From the NCBI GenBank assembly GCA_030704615.1, contig CM060731.1, positions 95,480,001 through 95,544,000 on the forward strand: a stretch of 64,000 nt of DNA, read 5' to 3'. Origin of the DNA: Takakia lepidozioides. Taxonomy: Eukaryota; Plantae; Bryophyta. The first letter of the stretch is position 1. Every line of letters begins with the position of its first letter. Positions 34,446-47,000 of this stretch are shown in pieces. Made by a program: the position numbers and the translations under genes. A model generated the notes under the pieces. The model was given only the letters and a program-made list of their open reading frames with translations, was not told where the DNA came from and ran no database searches.

Positions 34446-37130
34446 TCAAGGTAATCTCTCAGGCATAGGAGACCCCCGTCGCTTCTTCTCTGCCATCTGA
34501 ATTGCATAGTCATCTGCCATGTCAAAGGAGTCCGCTGAAGAAACTGTTGTATCAGAATCCTCGTCCCCCCTGAGGTGTTTTAACTGTCGAACTTTAACTG
34601 GAATTCTCTGGGGCATACAATGTTGTCCCACCATGTCTGGAAGTTTAAACTGTAAAACTTGTTGTAAGCGCTGAATTGCAAAATTGGTGAAGACCCTGAG
34701 CTCCTTGTCTGTCCATGTGAGTGGGGTTACCAATGACTTGTGAATTGTGCAAATATTTCCATGCCTCATGTCCCTTAAAGAAAATATCGTCAGGCCCGAA
34801 TTTCTGTGTTGACAAATTGTTCCAGGCCGCATGAAACCATGAACGAATCTGAGAATCCTTTTGCATCATAACTTTTGCCTCATATAGGTACATATGAGGT
34901 GGCACTGAAGGTAAGACCCAATGATCCCCACTGGAATAACTCAAAAAGCGCGTTTGCATCTTCTGCTGCTCAATGTGATAACGTACCAGAAAACAAGCAG
35001 CGTAGTATAACCCGCAGCCCATGACAATACTTGCTACTTCTTTGGTCTTGGTATAAATGAATCCATGTACAACTTGGAAGGCAATTAATTCCTTCAAGAT
35101 GGTACTTGCCTCATGCCAGTACTGTGCAAAGTGATGATCCTCAATTGGTCGATTGTTCGGAAGAACTTTAGTCCTAGTTGCCACTGGCAGCCAAATGCGC
35201 ATGATTTGATAGTAATGTGCCAACGACTGCGGAGGACTAAATTCCTTCCAAGCCAAATCCAACACAATGGGAATTTGGTTGAAGGGCATAATCATAGCCC
35301 GACTGTACTCCCGTGCAGCAGGAGTTTTAGGTGGGTTAAAAGCAGCATTCCCCCATACCTCAGGCTGTGGTGGCTGTGGTGGCTGTGGTGTGGCTGTAGT
35401 AACAACAGGGTCAGCTATTGGCACAGTGAGTTGTTGTGGTGTTGGTGGCACTGGCTCTTGTACCATTGGCATCTCCTGCACCCCCTGAAAAGCCAAAGTT
35501 CTGGCTTGTAAATAAGAAGCCCTCAGCTGTTCCTCAGGTACAAAGACTCTCTTGTCGATATTTGGAGTGAGGTCCTCCACCTGAGTTTGCAGGCCGTCTA
35601 CATCCTCCTGTAACTCCGCTATTCTACTATAGACATTGTCTATAGTAGTTGTGGCAATGTTCTGCACTTGCAGTCTGAGCTCATTCATCTCGCTTTGGGT
35701 GAGCTTTCGTGGTGCTTTGCCTTCCACCGGCCCTTGTGCTAACCAGACCTGCATAAGGTGGTCATCCACCAAGTTGCTTGTGGTACCCCTGAGAGTCTGA
35801 GAGTCTGTTCCTCTGTGAGCCTGTACACATATATTTGCTGTTGTAAAGCCTTTATGCGCTTCTGAGGTTCAACCAAATTCGCATATGCAGCAGCCAGATT
35901 ATTGGCTTCCTTCCAAGCCTTGTTAGCCACAGAGTGTTCATTTCTATTTACCATGAGCGTTTGTTGCAACTCCAGGATGTACCTCTCTTGGTCAGCTTCA
36001 ACCTGCCTGTATTGCTTGAAAGTATTCTCATTGCGACAGATTGTATTCTTCATATCGACAATGAGTTTCGTTTGCTCGACATTCTCTGCCTCTGCCTTCG
36101 TACATCTTTCCGCTTGACTGTTAATTTCTATTGTAGCTTGGTCAAGCATAGTTGTGAGTGTAGCACATTGTATGGCCATCCTGTCATGCACTGTTTGTAA
36201 CTCCGTATGTAGTGTATTCACTTCTTGCAACTTGCTTTCATGCTTCACCTGCATTTGGTATAGCTGTTGCTTATGTGCTTCGTGCAACTAGTCTTGGCGA
36301 GGCCTGCCTCAATCAATTGTTCCTTGGCCAATTGCAAAGCCGCTTCCTTACTCTCTAAGTCTTGCTGCATCTTGAAAGTGACCTCTTCATTGATCTTGTT
36401 TGCACACTCAGTGGCAAGTCGAGCCTGAAACTCCTTCCTGAGTTCCTCCCTCAAAGCTGCCAATTGGGAAGTTGGAACATTGGATTTGACATAAGTGCCC
36501 AACAAATTAAGTGTCCTGCTTATGGAACTCATAAGCATGGCTTGTTGAGGGTCATCATGGTGAGCTTGTTGCTGTTCTCCCTGATCCTCAATAGTGTGAT
36601 GCCTCACGAACCACTCAGGCCATTGCCCCACCAGATTTTCTTCCTGCATCACTTCATCCGTCACAGGTGCTGCAGTGTCTTGACATTCTACCTGTGGTAC
36701 CTCCGTCACAGGTGTGCGTATTATATGCACCGCAGGGTTTCCCCTGGACAATCGCTGCACCTCCGGAATCACTGTTTCCCTGACCAGACCAGAATTTTCA
36801 TATAGAAGGTCCCCCTTCTCAATTTCTGCCACCACCTGTTCTGTAGTGGGAATATCTAACCCTTCTTTCTCCAAATCAATTATTTCTGGTGGAACTGCAT
36901 GGACAACTTGTGGTAACTCTGTGACAAGCCGATCATCTGGCTGTGATGGCTGTGATACTGAAGTAACTTCCTCTTCCCTCTCTGAAGGTCCTGCTTCCAA
37001 TAATAGCAGCTCTCTGTGCTGCTGTGCCCCTTCCTGCACAAGAGCTTGGGAAACACTATCATGCGGTTTTCGCGAAGCCAGTGGATCCGCCACTATAGTC
37101 TTTCCCCGCCTCTGTTGTCCAACAAGTACG
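34446..37130 (-). pseudogene. Long extra 3' ORF (coiled-coil rich) of the Gypsy A-family element, frameshifted
   Basis: Four overlapping - strand ORFs (36245-37189, 35739-36287, 34645-35772, 34446-34832) just upstream of the PPT/LTR. Confidence 0.6.
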
Positions 37131-40100
37131 GTATGTGTAATTTCGGGATGGTACTTAACGAAAATGCGGCGCCGCATTTGCATTTTCACTCTAACTCATC
37201 AGACACTGGGACGGAAATGCCATGATATGTGAACACGTGGACAATGAAATTGCGGCATATGTCTGCACTCTGTCTGACTGAAGTGGCAGGAGGCTGCGCG
37301 GCCTGACCGTTGGTAAATGATGTTTGTTTTTCGGACGACAGGCGTACCCTTGACAATTCGAATTTCGTAATGACGCATAGTCCACGAGGAGACACTTTCG
37401 TCCAAGCCTTTCGAACCCAAGTGGTGCATCACCGCCGTTTCATCTTCTTTTGTCGTGTCTAGTCAGTCACCCCTCGCGCGCCCTTTCCATCTGCACTCTT
37501 CGCCTCTTTTCCCTGTTTCTGTTTTTCTTATGCTCGAACCTGAGAGGGAGGGAGTTCGTGCACCAGAGAAGAGACATCGTCGCAAGCTCCAAAAATTGTA
37601 CTTCGGACGTAAGCCAATGCTGAAGGGGAGGAAGCAGATGCATCTACAGGAGGAGATTGCCATCTCGCAGCAGCAGGCCACGCAGGCAACCCTGCCACTA
37701 GTGAAAGCTCGGTGCTATCGGGATGCGCGTAGCTGATCGAACACCGAAACCCCCCTCATTTTTCTTCTGCAATTCTTAGACTGTATGCTAGGAGACTTGA
37801 ATACAGAAGATGTTTGCATGCCTAACCGGAAAGGTGGACGTGCTGGAGGGATCGCAGGAATCCGAAGAGCCGCAGGAAGAGTCCGTGGAGCTAGCTGCAG
37901 CACACACACCCAGCCGATCCACGAGCATGGGTCTTCTTGGAAGGCCTAGCCCTGTGCGTTTCAAGGACGCGGCTTCGAAGGGCAAGTCTTTGCAGTTCAA
38001 AGCCCCAGAGAGCGACTCGCGTTCGAAGGTCATGGAGAATCGCCAGCAGGGGTCGGGCCTTTCTCCAGCAAAGACGAAGAAGAAGCAGCCCGTCCTTCCA
38101 CTGGTTTCTGAACCGGACCAGGCCGTTTCCCCCCCACCCACGTGAATGAAGCAGAAGGGTACAGGGCAGATTCAATTGCAGCAGACACCTTCATCTACAA
38201 GAATGAGGAAGCACAAGGCAATCAGGGGGAGGGTGGAGCAGTCTCCCGCAAAACCGATTCCACGAGCTGAAGCCCAGTTTCTGCTTGATTTCCAGCCTGG
38301 TGATGTTGGGGTCGTCTCTGCTGCAGCGAAGGCAATGGGATCGACCGATTTCATCGATCTGTTACCGGAGGAGGGTGCTGCCGCTCAACGTTCGCAGCAA
38401 GACATGACCACCGTTGCGGAAGATCTTCATAATACTACAGGCCCGGAGGAGGCCTCTGCAATGGCAGAATTGCCTGCAAAGATTCCCCAGAGTGCAGCTC
38501 CAGTTGGGGATGCTCCTGCTGCTCAGCCCCTACCGCCACCTACAGAAATGTCTCCGGAGGAATTCCAAAGTGCAGCGGATACAATGTTGGAGGAGACACA
38601 CAGTAGCATTGGCAAAGTTCTGGGCAGCAGGGTATTCCAGCGGACTCTTTGAATCCCACTCTATCGCATGGTCTCCCTTCCCATCGTCAGGCGGGCACTT
38701 CCCGGAGATGTGGATAAGCTCAAGTTCGCATTTCGAGAAGGGTACCGTCTAGGTTCACCAGCCTTCTACGTTTCCATTGAGAATGAGGACGACGAAACTC
38801 GTGGACCCACTGCGGATGAATTGTCAACATGGGATACCCACTGGCAGATGGGATCCCCAGATGGATGTGTCCTCCTCGTAGGCAAAGAGGTGTCGGTCGG
38901 AAAACCGCCCAGCCCACATTGAGGCACCTGTTACAATGTCATCCACACATTATAACATGGCCCTTCAGATGTTGCGAATTAAAGCATAAGGAGAATTTGA
39001 AGAACAACATAGAACAAGATTCTGCATACCTGTCCCACAGATGAGGTCGAGCACTGTGTCCTCCACGTCAGTGCATGTCTCCATAATTGTCTGAATGAAG
39101 GCAGGGCTCCGAGTCCGTGAATACCGCAGGGGTTCCGTTGAAGTGAGGCTATGAGGGAGAAGTTCCATGGGAACGTTGTTGAACAGGACGTCGTAATCGA
39201 TGGGGTCGCAGTTCGGGTCAACCAACAATCCCTCCTTCCGGAAAGTAAAGGTGGAGTTCTCATTCACAAAGCAGTATGCATCAAACTGTTTTGTCTGCAT
39301 ACACAGTGGGGAACGATTGGAAATCGAATGCGGCACCGCATTTCAAAACACCTAAGAAAATGAAAGGACGAGTGCCAATGTCGTAATTACCTTCTTCCCT
39401 TCCGACCGAAGGCCCAATTTGTTGATGCACGTCCACTTCTTCTTCAAAATTGGGACGGCGCTCTTGCGGGTCCACTTCGCAATTCCTGTCTGCGTGTTTT
39501 TTCCTCTGCTCGCCAGGACAACCACACAGCCTCTGTCGTCCAACACCATGCGGGCGAGCCCGAATCATTTCTTCCAAAAGTCCTCGGAGAACCTGTTCCA
39601 AGATGGCAAAGCTTGCAGTCCTTCCACAGGCTCTCCGTCCGGAATATCCAAGATGATCATATCGCAAGACCACTCGGTGGCATTTCCGCCCCTCCTACAA
39701 TCCTTGTCTGCACACACCCTCTCAAAGAATGAGACCATCTTCAGAAACCCAGGGGTGTCGGAAGGCTCTTCGGCAACCGCCTTCTTCAGTGCTCTGCCCT
39801 TCAGACCCTCCATGGTCTTCATGTATGCCAACTTGGCTGCCCGTCCATCCAAAGCCGCCAAGAAACTTTCATTTACACACTGGACTACTGTATTGGGATC
39901 CACTTTTGGCCTCTTCATTTCCACTGGCTCGAAAGGGTGCCCCCCCGGGGGGTTGAAGAGTGTCTTCTTTGCCGAGCCTGTTCTCGTCCCTCTCATAACA
40001 ACGGTGGGTATCGGGGATTCGGCTGCGTTTCGGGGGGTGGGCTGGTTGCAAAGTCTTCATCGGAGTCCTATTCGTCACCCTCTTCCTGCTCTATCTGTTT

Positions 40101-43100
40101 CTGCTTCTTCGTTTTCTTGGGTTTCACAACTGCTGCTCCTTGCTAGCGAGTCCTCTTCTTTGACCCCTTCTGTTGAGCCTGCACAGCTGCATCCACCGTC
40201 TTCTGTGCCATCTCAGCTGTCTTTCTGGATTGTTCCAGAGCAGCAGCTTCCTTTGCCGACTCTGGCCCAGTAGGGACACGTCTTTCTTTTCTCTTCTCTT
40301 CTGCTTTCGCGTGCAAATCTTTCTCAGACTCGTCAACAATTCCGCCAGACATGTCCAGGTACCACGGGCATCCAACGAGATGCGCGGCATGCCATTGTTT
40401 CTGCATCTCGGGTGTGTAGACACAGCTTGGGCCCGCCACGGTCCAAGCCATGAAGAACGGGGGCTCTTGAGCCAGGGCCCCTATCTGAAGAAGCACGTAT
40501 TTCATATACCTGCAAGGCAGTCAGCATGCGTGAGCAAAAGTTGAGACCAACATACTCGCAGAGTGCAACCGAAAACATAAAATGCGAATGCGGTGCCGCA
40601 TTTCCCAGACAAACCTCATAACCAGGCTTTGCGTACAATGGCAGCTGGGCTTCACCTGTAAACAATTCGCATTGCAGCTTTTCCCGCTCCCTCCTGATGT
40701 ATAAACTCCACGCTCCTCCTTGCTGTCTGTAGCTCCCTAGCGAAGAGGTTGTCCTTGTACGCACATCTGAAACGTGTCACGTAGTCTTCCAATGTCTGTG
40801 TTCCATTCCATTTGACGTACCAGCCGAATGAATTTGTATGCATTACGACTTGCTCCTTCGCATTCGTCATTACCTGCGATTCCCACATGCATTGTCACGT
40901 AGCAGTTCAGGGAATTCATTTCAGAAAAGCAAATCTGGGGAAGTACCTTGAATTACCTGGAACCACCAAGTCATGCGGTTGAGCCACACATCCACTGCAG
41001 GGTCGGAAACTTCGAGTGGAAAAGACCACATTGTTCTTATACTCTCCGATGCATTCCAGATCGATAGCCACTGTGTCTGCCATTTCCGATCCAATGTCAG
41101 GAGCAGGAAGAAGAGTGGCTATTGCTAGGAAGGAACTTCAGTGCATTGAAACCTCATCTTCTCTTTCGCCTCAACACATGCCATTGAGAGGTGATGCAGT
41201 TTTTCCAACTGCATGGTCGGCTGCATGGCCCAAGAATAGTGTTTTGCAATCTCGGGGATGAAGTCATTTTCAAGTGCCGGATCTGCAATTGCCACCAGCT
41301 TCACAAGCTTTGACTTGTATTTCGTTCTCGACTTGACCCCGGCTTCCTTCAAGTGCTCAGTCAATGACTGCAACGTTTTGACCTGCCCCTCACTTTCCAT
41401 GAAGAAGCGTTTGGCATGGGCCAAATCCAGCTTGATGTTTGACTGCCAACAAAAACATGCAGAAGCGTTACATTCGATTCATGTGGAAAGATTACTGAAA
41501 ATTGGGAAAGGATGAGCAGAGGGAAATGGGAGGACAACTTACTTCGTATATTACCTCCACCATTCCATCCATAGTGAGACGATACCATGTCCGGTCAGTT
41601 TTTGCCACGGCTCTCTGAATGAGCTCGGGCTCCAGCATTTTCGCAAACATGTGCGGATCAGTGAGACCAGTTTTCCTCACCCTGTACGCATATGTTCCAT
41701 GTGGGTATGCACGTACGCATTTTCAGTGACCCTGCAAGGCATACTCTCCAGTTCAGTCCACGGAAGCACAGAAACAAAACAGATTGGAAACCGAAATGCG
41801 GCACCGCATTTCGAACGTGCTTGGGAGGGTATGAGTATCTTACGAGTTGAGGTCCGCCATGGCATTCTTGAGCAGGGAGGAGTCTGCCGCCTTCACCTTG
41901 AGGATGACACACTCCACCATGTAATGCTAGCCAATGTGTTTGGCATGGTTCTGCTTGATGTACTCCCACCAGGCAAGAAGTCGGTGATTCCTGTCCTACA
42001 CAAAGAACATTTTACCCAACATATGGCCGAAGTCTGGATCATCCTTCAGCATTGCCTCGAATTTGTATGCCCGGACCGGGTGGGTAAGACAAAATAAATT
42101 TTACTCTTACGCGGACCCGGAGGGTATGTTTAAACAATACACCAACCCACACAACACTGGTCTAACCTAATATGAACGGACAGAACTGTTCAGGAAAACT
42201 GTTGAGTAGATACTACCTGTCTCAGCTGTTGCCAACTCTTTCCTTATCCTTCTGTCTTCCCTAGCCATCTCCAAAATCTGCTCTACTTTACTGGGATTCT
42301 CACATCGTCTAATCGCTGTATTTACGAGTTTAGCTGCATAACTAGGAAGGGAGTAGTCCTTCACCGGGCTCGTCATGAAGTCGACCCTCGCAAAGAACGG
42401 GACATTCTTCCTGGCAGGAAGTGTAGGCCCTACATGTTTCGACCCGGATCCTGGAATCCTGCACATAACAATCACCAACGAGACCAATAAGAACCACAGT
42501 CCGGAAATGCGTTTGACAAAAAATCACCCAGAAGGCTTTGCAAACTTACAATGTTTGCACTCACTCGTATTCTGGGTTCTCCTCGGCATCAATGTCCATA
42601 TGTGATTCAGCGGATGAGAGCGATGCAGACAGGGAGGACGACGACCCAACGGAGGTGAGATGGTCGATTCCGCAAGGGGAAGACGGGATTTTCGAAAGCC
42701 TGGCCAACGAGCAGTCCGCTCGAGATGAGAAATGCAATGATGGGGTAGAGGCGGAGCAAGACAGTCAAGGATAGGACGACGATACTGATGATTTTCAAGA
42801 TTAATAGAATTTTAATGAACTCTCTGTACATTTAAACTCTCTTCCAGAGTATATAAAGGAAATTCTCTCCGTTCTTCATGTCCCCTCTCCCATGTGCTTC
42901 TCAACGACACCATCGTCCAAACCACGTCCCTCCCAAAATCGGAAATGCGGCACCGAATTTCCATGTAGGAACGGAAATGTGGCAACTGCAAAAACCTCAT
43001 TTGGAAATGCGGCACCGCATTTCCAAAACCGGGGCAAGAACAATTTTCCGTTTCATGGTTTGGACATCAGAAACTGTTCGGCCGAACGGAAATGCGGCAC

Positions 43101-44095
43101 CGCATTTCCAAAACCGGGGCAAGAACAACTTTCCGTTTCATGGTTTGGACATCAGAAACTGTTCGGCCGAACGGAAATGCGGTGCCGCATTTCCATTTTC
43201 GACACGGCAGTTTTGCCGATTGCCAGCTCTTTCCATGGAGGTAAATGGAAATGCCACCCCGCATGTGGAGGTCGAACACGTTATCTAAATGGCGGACATG
43301 GAAATGCGGTGCCGCATTTCCATTTTGGAGATGGACGTTTTTCCAACTGCAGACCCATCAACGGAAAATGCGGCTCCGCATTTCATGATGCTAGACGGGA
43401 ATGCGGCACCGCATTCCATTGTCCAATAAGAAATTTCGATGACGTACATGGAAATGCGGCGCCGCATTTCTAGAACGGACATCGTTGTTTGTCCAATTCC
43501 AGACCCTTTGACGGAAATGCGGCACCGCATTCCATCGTGTTGGACGGAAAGGCGGCACCGCATTACATTGTCCAATAAGAACTTTCGATTGCCAAACATG
43601 GAAATGCGGCGCCGCATTTGCAAAACAGACATCGTTGTTTGTCCAATTCCAGACCCGTGTGGCCATTCCGTCTTGTTGGACGGAAATACGGCACCGCATT
43701 CCATTGTCCAATACGAAATTTTGATGACGGACATGGAAATGCGGTGCCGCATTTCCAAAATGGACATCGTTGTTTGTCGAATTCCAGACCCTTGGACGAA
43801 AATGTGGCACCGCATTCCATCGTGCTGGTCGGAAATGCGGCACCGCATTCCATTGTTCAATAAGAATTTTCGATTGCCAAACATGGAAATGCGTCGCCGC
43901 ATTTCCAAGGCCCGTGTGGGTATTCCGTCTTGCTGGACGGAAATGCGGCACCGCATTCCATTGTCCAATACGAAATTTTGGTGACGGACATGGAAATGCG
44001 GTGCCGCATTTTCAGAACGGACATCGTTGTTTGTCCAATTCCTGTCCAATTCCAGACCCTTCGTCGTGAATGCGGCACCGCATTCCATTGTGCTC
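37130..44095. mobile_element. Truncated, internally scrambled MULE copy E3 (subfamily B), no termini
   Basis: Highly similar to E4 52640-58900. Segments ~38846-42066 and ~42215-42597 are inverted. GGAAATGCGGCACCGCATTTCC arrays at 42940-44090. Confidence 0.85.
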
Positions 44096-47000
44096 TCACG
44101 CCACCCCCCTTGGTTAAAACCTAATGCACAAGTTTAACACCAAAAACATCCTCCCCTATGCCTAGTTTAGCAGCCTTGTATATAAAATAATGGACAATCT
44201 GGAATGACAGTCCCACCTCATCAGCCACCCTGGCTTATCTTGTTACTGTTAGCATAAGACAGCGGCCATGAGCCTGAATGAGATAACCTCTTAATGTTCC
44301 AACCACCAGCCACATTAACGGAATGTGGGGTTAGGCAGAATCAGGGGCCCTACAGAACAAGGTTGTGTAAAAAATGTTGGATGGTGGAGGCCATTCATGG
44401 GCTTGAAAACATGGAAGGAACTTGAATATCCTTGCTTACAGATTTACGGTCTCAAATATTCTTGGATATGTAGCTGTTATGAGGTGTGCAGGTGTGTGCA
44501 ATTCAATACCTAAAGAGTGAAATACTTTCAAGAAAGGTGCTAAAAGTTTGAGCAAAGACAGTCAGGAAATACTGGGAGAGTAAAGGGAGAATTTTGAGAT
44601 TAATTAAGCTCGGAGAATGTACTCATAAGACATCGTTCGCAGTAACCTTCTGTAATTATGAGGAAGAGAGACAAAGATAAACTTTCCTGCAAACTGTGGC
44701 CTTCAGGTCTTAGTCCCCCACAGTACACCAGAGTGAGGACTACATTAACAGAGCTATATGTAACAACATGCGTTCTGGCCCAATGTCAATGCCCGTCCTG
44801 AAATCCACACAATCCACAAAGTTGCATATATTTTCTACACATAAAGAGAGAGAACAATTGAAAAAAATCATGACATTTGACAATTCCACTGCTTTGCAGG
44901 CTTAGCCAGGACCCACCAAGTCATAACAACTACACTAGGGCCATTCAACTCTGCACACTGCTTCCCGCACATGCATTCACTATCCCCCTTCATAATGTAC
45001 CTCTGAAATGAACGTCATGTTACATACGCTACATAAATAGTGAATAATGACCTCAAAAACAAAAGAGATTGGTATCTCCAGTGTTGCCATGGCTTTCAGG
45101 GACAAGCACTGGCCCCCTTGCCTCAACTGCCCACACCATGAGCAGCGTGGTCCTTCAAAGATGATCAAGTAACTCCTAATTCATTTACCTTAGTTTCAGT
45201 GAAGTCGTCTTATACTGTCAATATAATGGGTCATGTTTCTAGTCTGGTCAGTGGACGCCCTGCAAGTCTTGATTCACGGCCAAAGATGGCTCATCCAGGG
45301 AGAGGGAGAGGAAGTAACGGCAGGCAGCGTGAGAGGAAGGCTTCCAGTTGGTGTGCCTCCTGGCCAAGGTTCTGTGAATACCACTCCTCTACTATAAGAA
45401 TGTACAAATTGAATTAACTTGTTTTGTGTTAGATTTAATAACTTCAAGCTTTGTATGTGGCTAAGAGTTGGAAAGTTCCAAATGGTAACTAGCGACAGAA
45501 TTTTTACGTCTTTGTAATTTCCACCTCCCAATCTTAGAGGCTGTTATCAGTCATTTCTTCCTCCTATTTGTCCATCTCCTTTGGTGAAGGCTTGGTATCC
45601 AGCATATTTTCTATTAATACAGCATCACGAGCTAGAGGATTAATTGCCGGCTGTCCTCCTGCTCGCGGTTACCTGCATCAATACTACAATGTGGACTGAT
45701 CAGTTCAGATATACCACGTGTCATCACATCTAACTCAAAGCATCAGATTAGCAGTGGTTTCATCAACTTAGGGAACAAGGTACATCAGAGACAGAGCTCT
45801 GTGGGATTCGACTTGCGGTGATGAGGTCTTAACCAGAACGTATTATAGGAAACCAGGGTGCACATTGATAAGTTTAGTTTACGAGTTAAAGGGTTGCCAG
45901 TTTATTTAAAGGAAGGTCATATTGGTTCAGACTATATTACTTGATGGCGGTTTTATTGATCTCATTATTAGCCAGAGCCAGCCCCAAAGAGGACATCACC
46001 CCATGGGAGCAAGGGTGGGGCATTCTCTCTAGGGTCTTGTTGTTCCACTTTGTCCCATTGGACCTCGGGGTGGTACAGTTTCTTTCTACTTTCTTTCTTA
46101 AATTGGTCCTCTTGCTACATTCGCACCTCTTGCCACAAAATTAGGCGTGAAGTTCTTTAGTAGAGGCATAGAAGGCGAGTAGTGATGCAGAGGTGTAAAA
46201 TGTCTCTTGTGCCAACCACCATGCATGATTATAAGTCCAAGTCCCCAAAAGAGGTTGGACAATTGTTACACAAGTCCAAAAGCCGTCGAAACACCTCCAC
46301 GGGGTTACTGCTACGAGTTTAAACGTCAAAAAACGTAAGTGAGGCATTGATTTTATAACCTATGGATAAAACATTAAGCAAAGGCACAAGCAGTCGAATG
46401 AGAAAAATTTCAACCTACCATGGTTAACTGTACTTACCAGTTGATTTCTCTTCAAGAGGTGATGTCGAGTATCTTAGAAAACCTCATCATCTGTGCCATC
46501 CATATCTGAGTCATCTGCCTCTTCTAAATTGTCCTCCAGCTTGGCATTTTCAGTGGATTGCATATTTGAAGGCGTTATTATCTGACCCTGGCTGGTGGAG
46601 TCCTTGAACGTGCATGTCTGCACCACCATCCATCTTGACAGACACCCAACTTTTGTTGAGAAGCTTCATCCCACTTTCCTCGTCTGCCTTCGCAGGGGCT
46701 GAGCCTCCCAAAAATCATGCAGGCCTTTTTCAGAGTTGACTGTCTCCAAGATAGTCAAACTCTCTGTATCTGCACCAGAAGAATCTTCAACTACTCTGTT
46801 CAGCATATGGATCTTACTTAATGCCTCCACGAAAGATACCCTTTTGTCCTCAGCACTTATTTCCAAGTTTGGTCTCCATCAGCAGGCCCACCACAGGCCA
46901 CCCTTCATTCATTGCTTCTCCTCTGTTTTTGTTAGTGCCCAATCCTAAGGTTTTTTTGTTTCATGCATACATCGTCTGCCAGAGGCTGGTTCTCCACATA

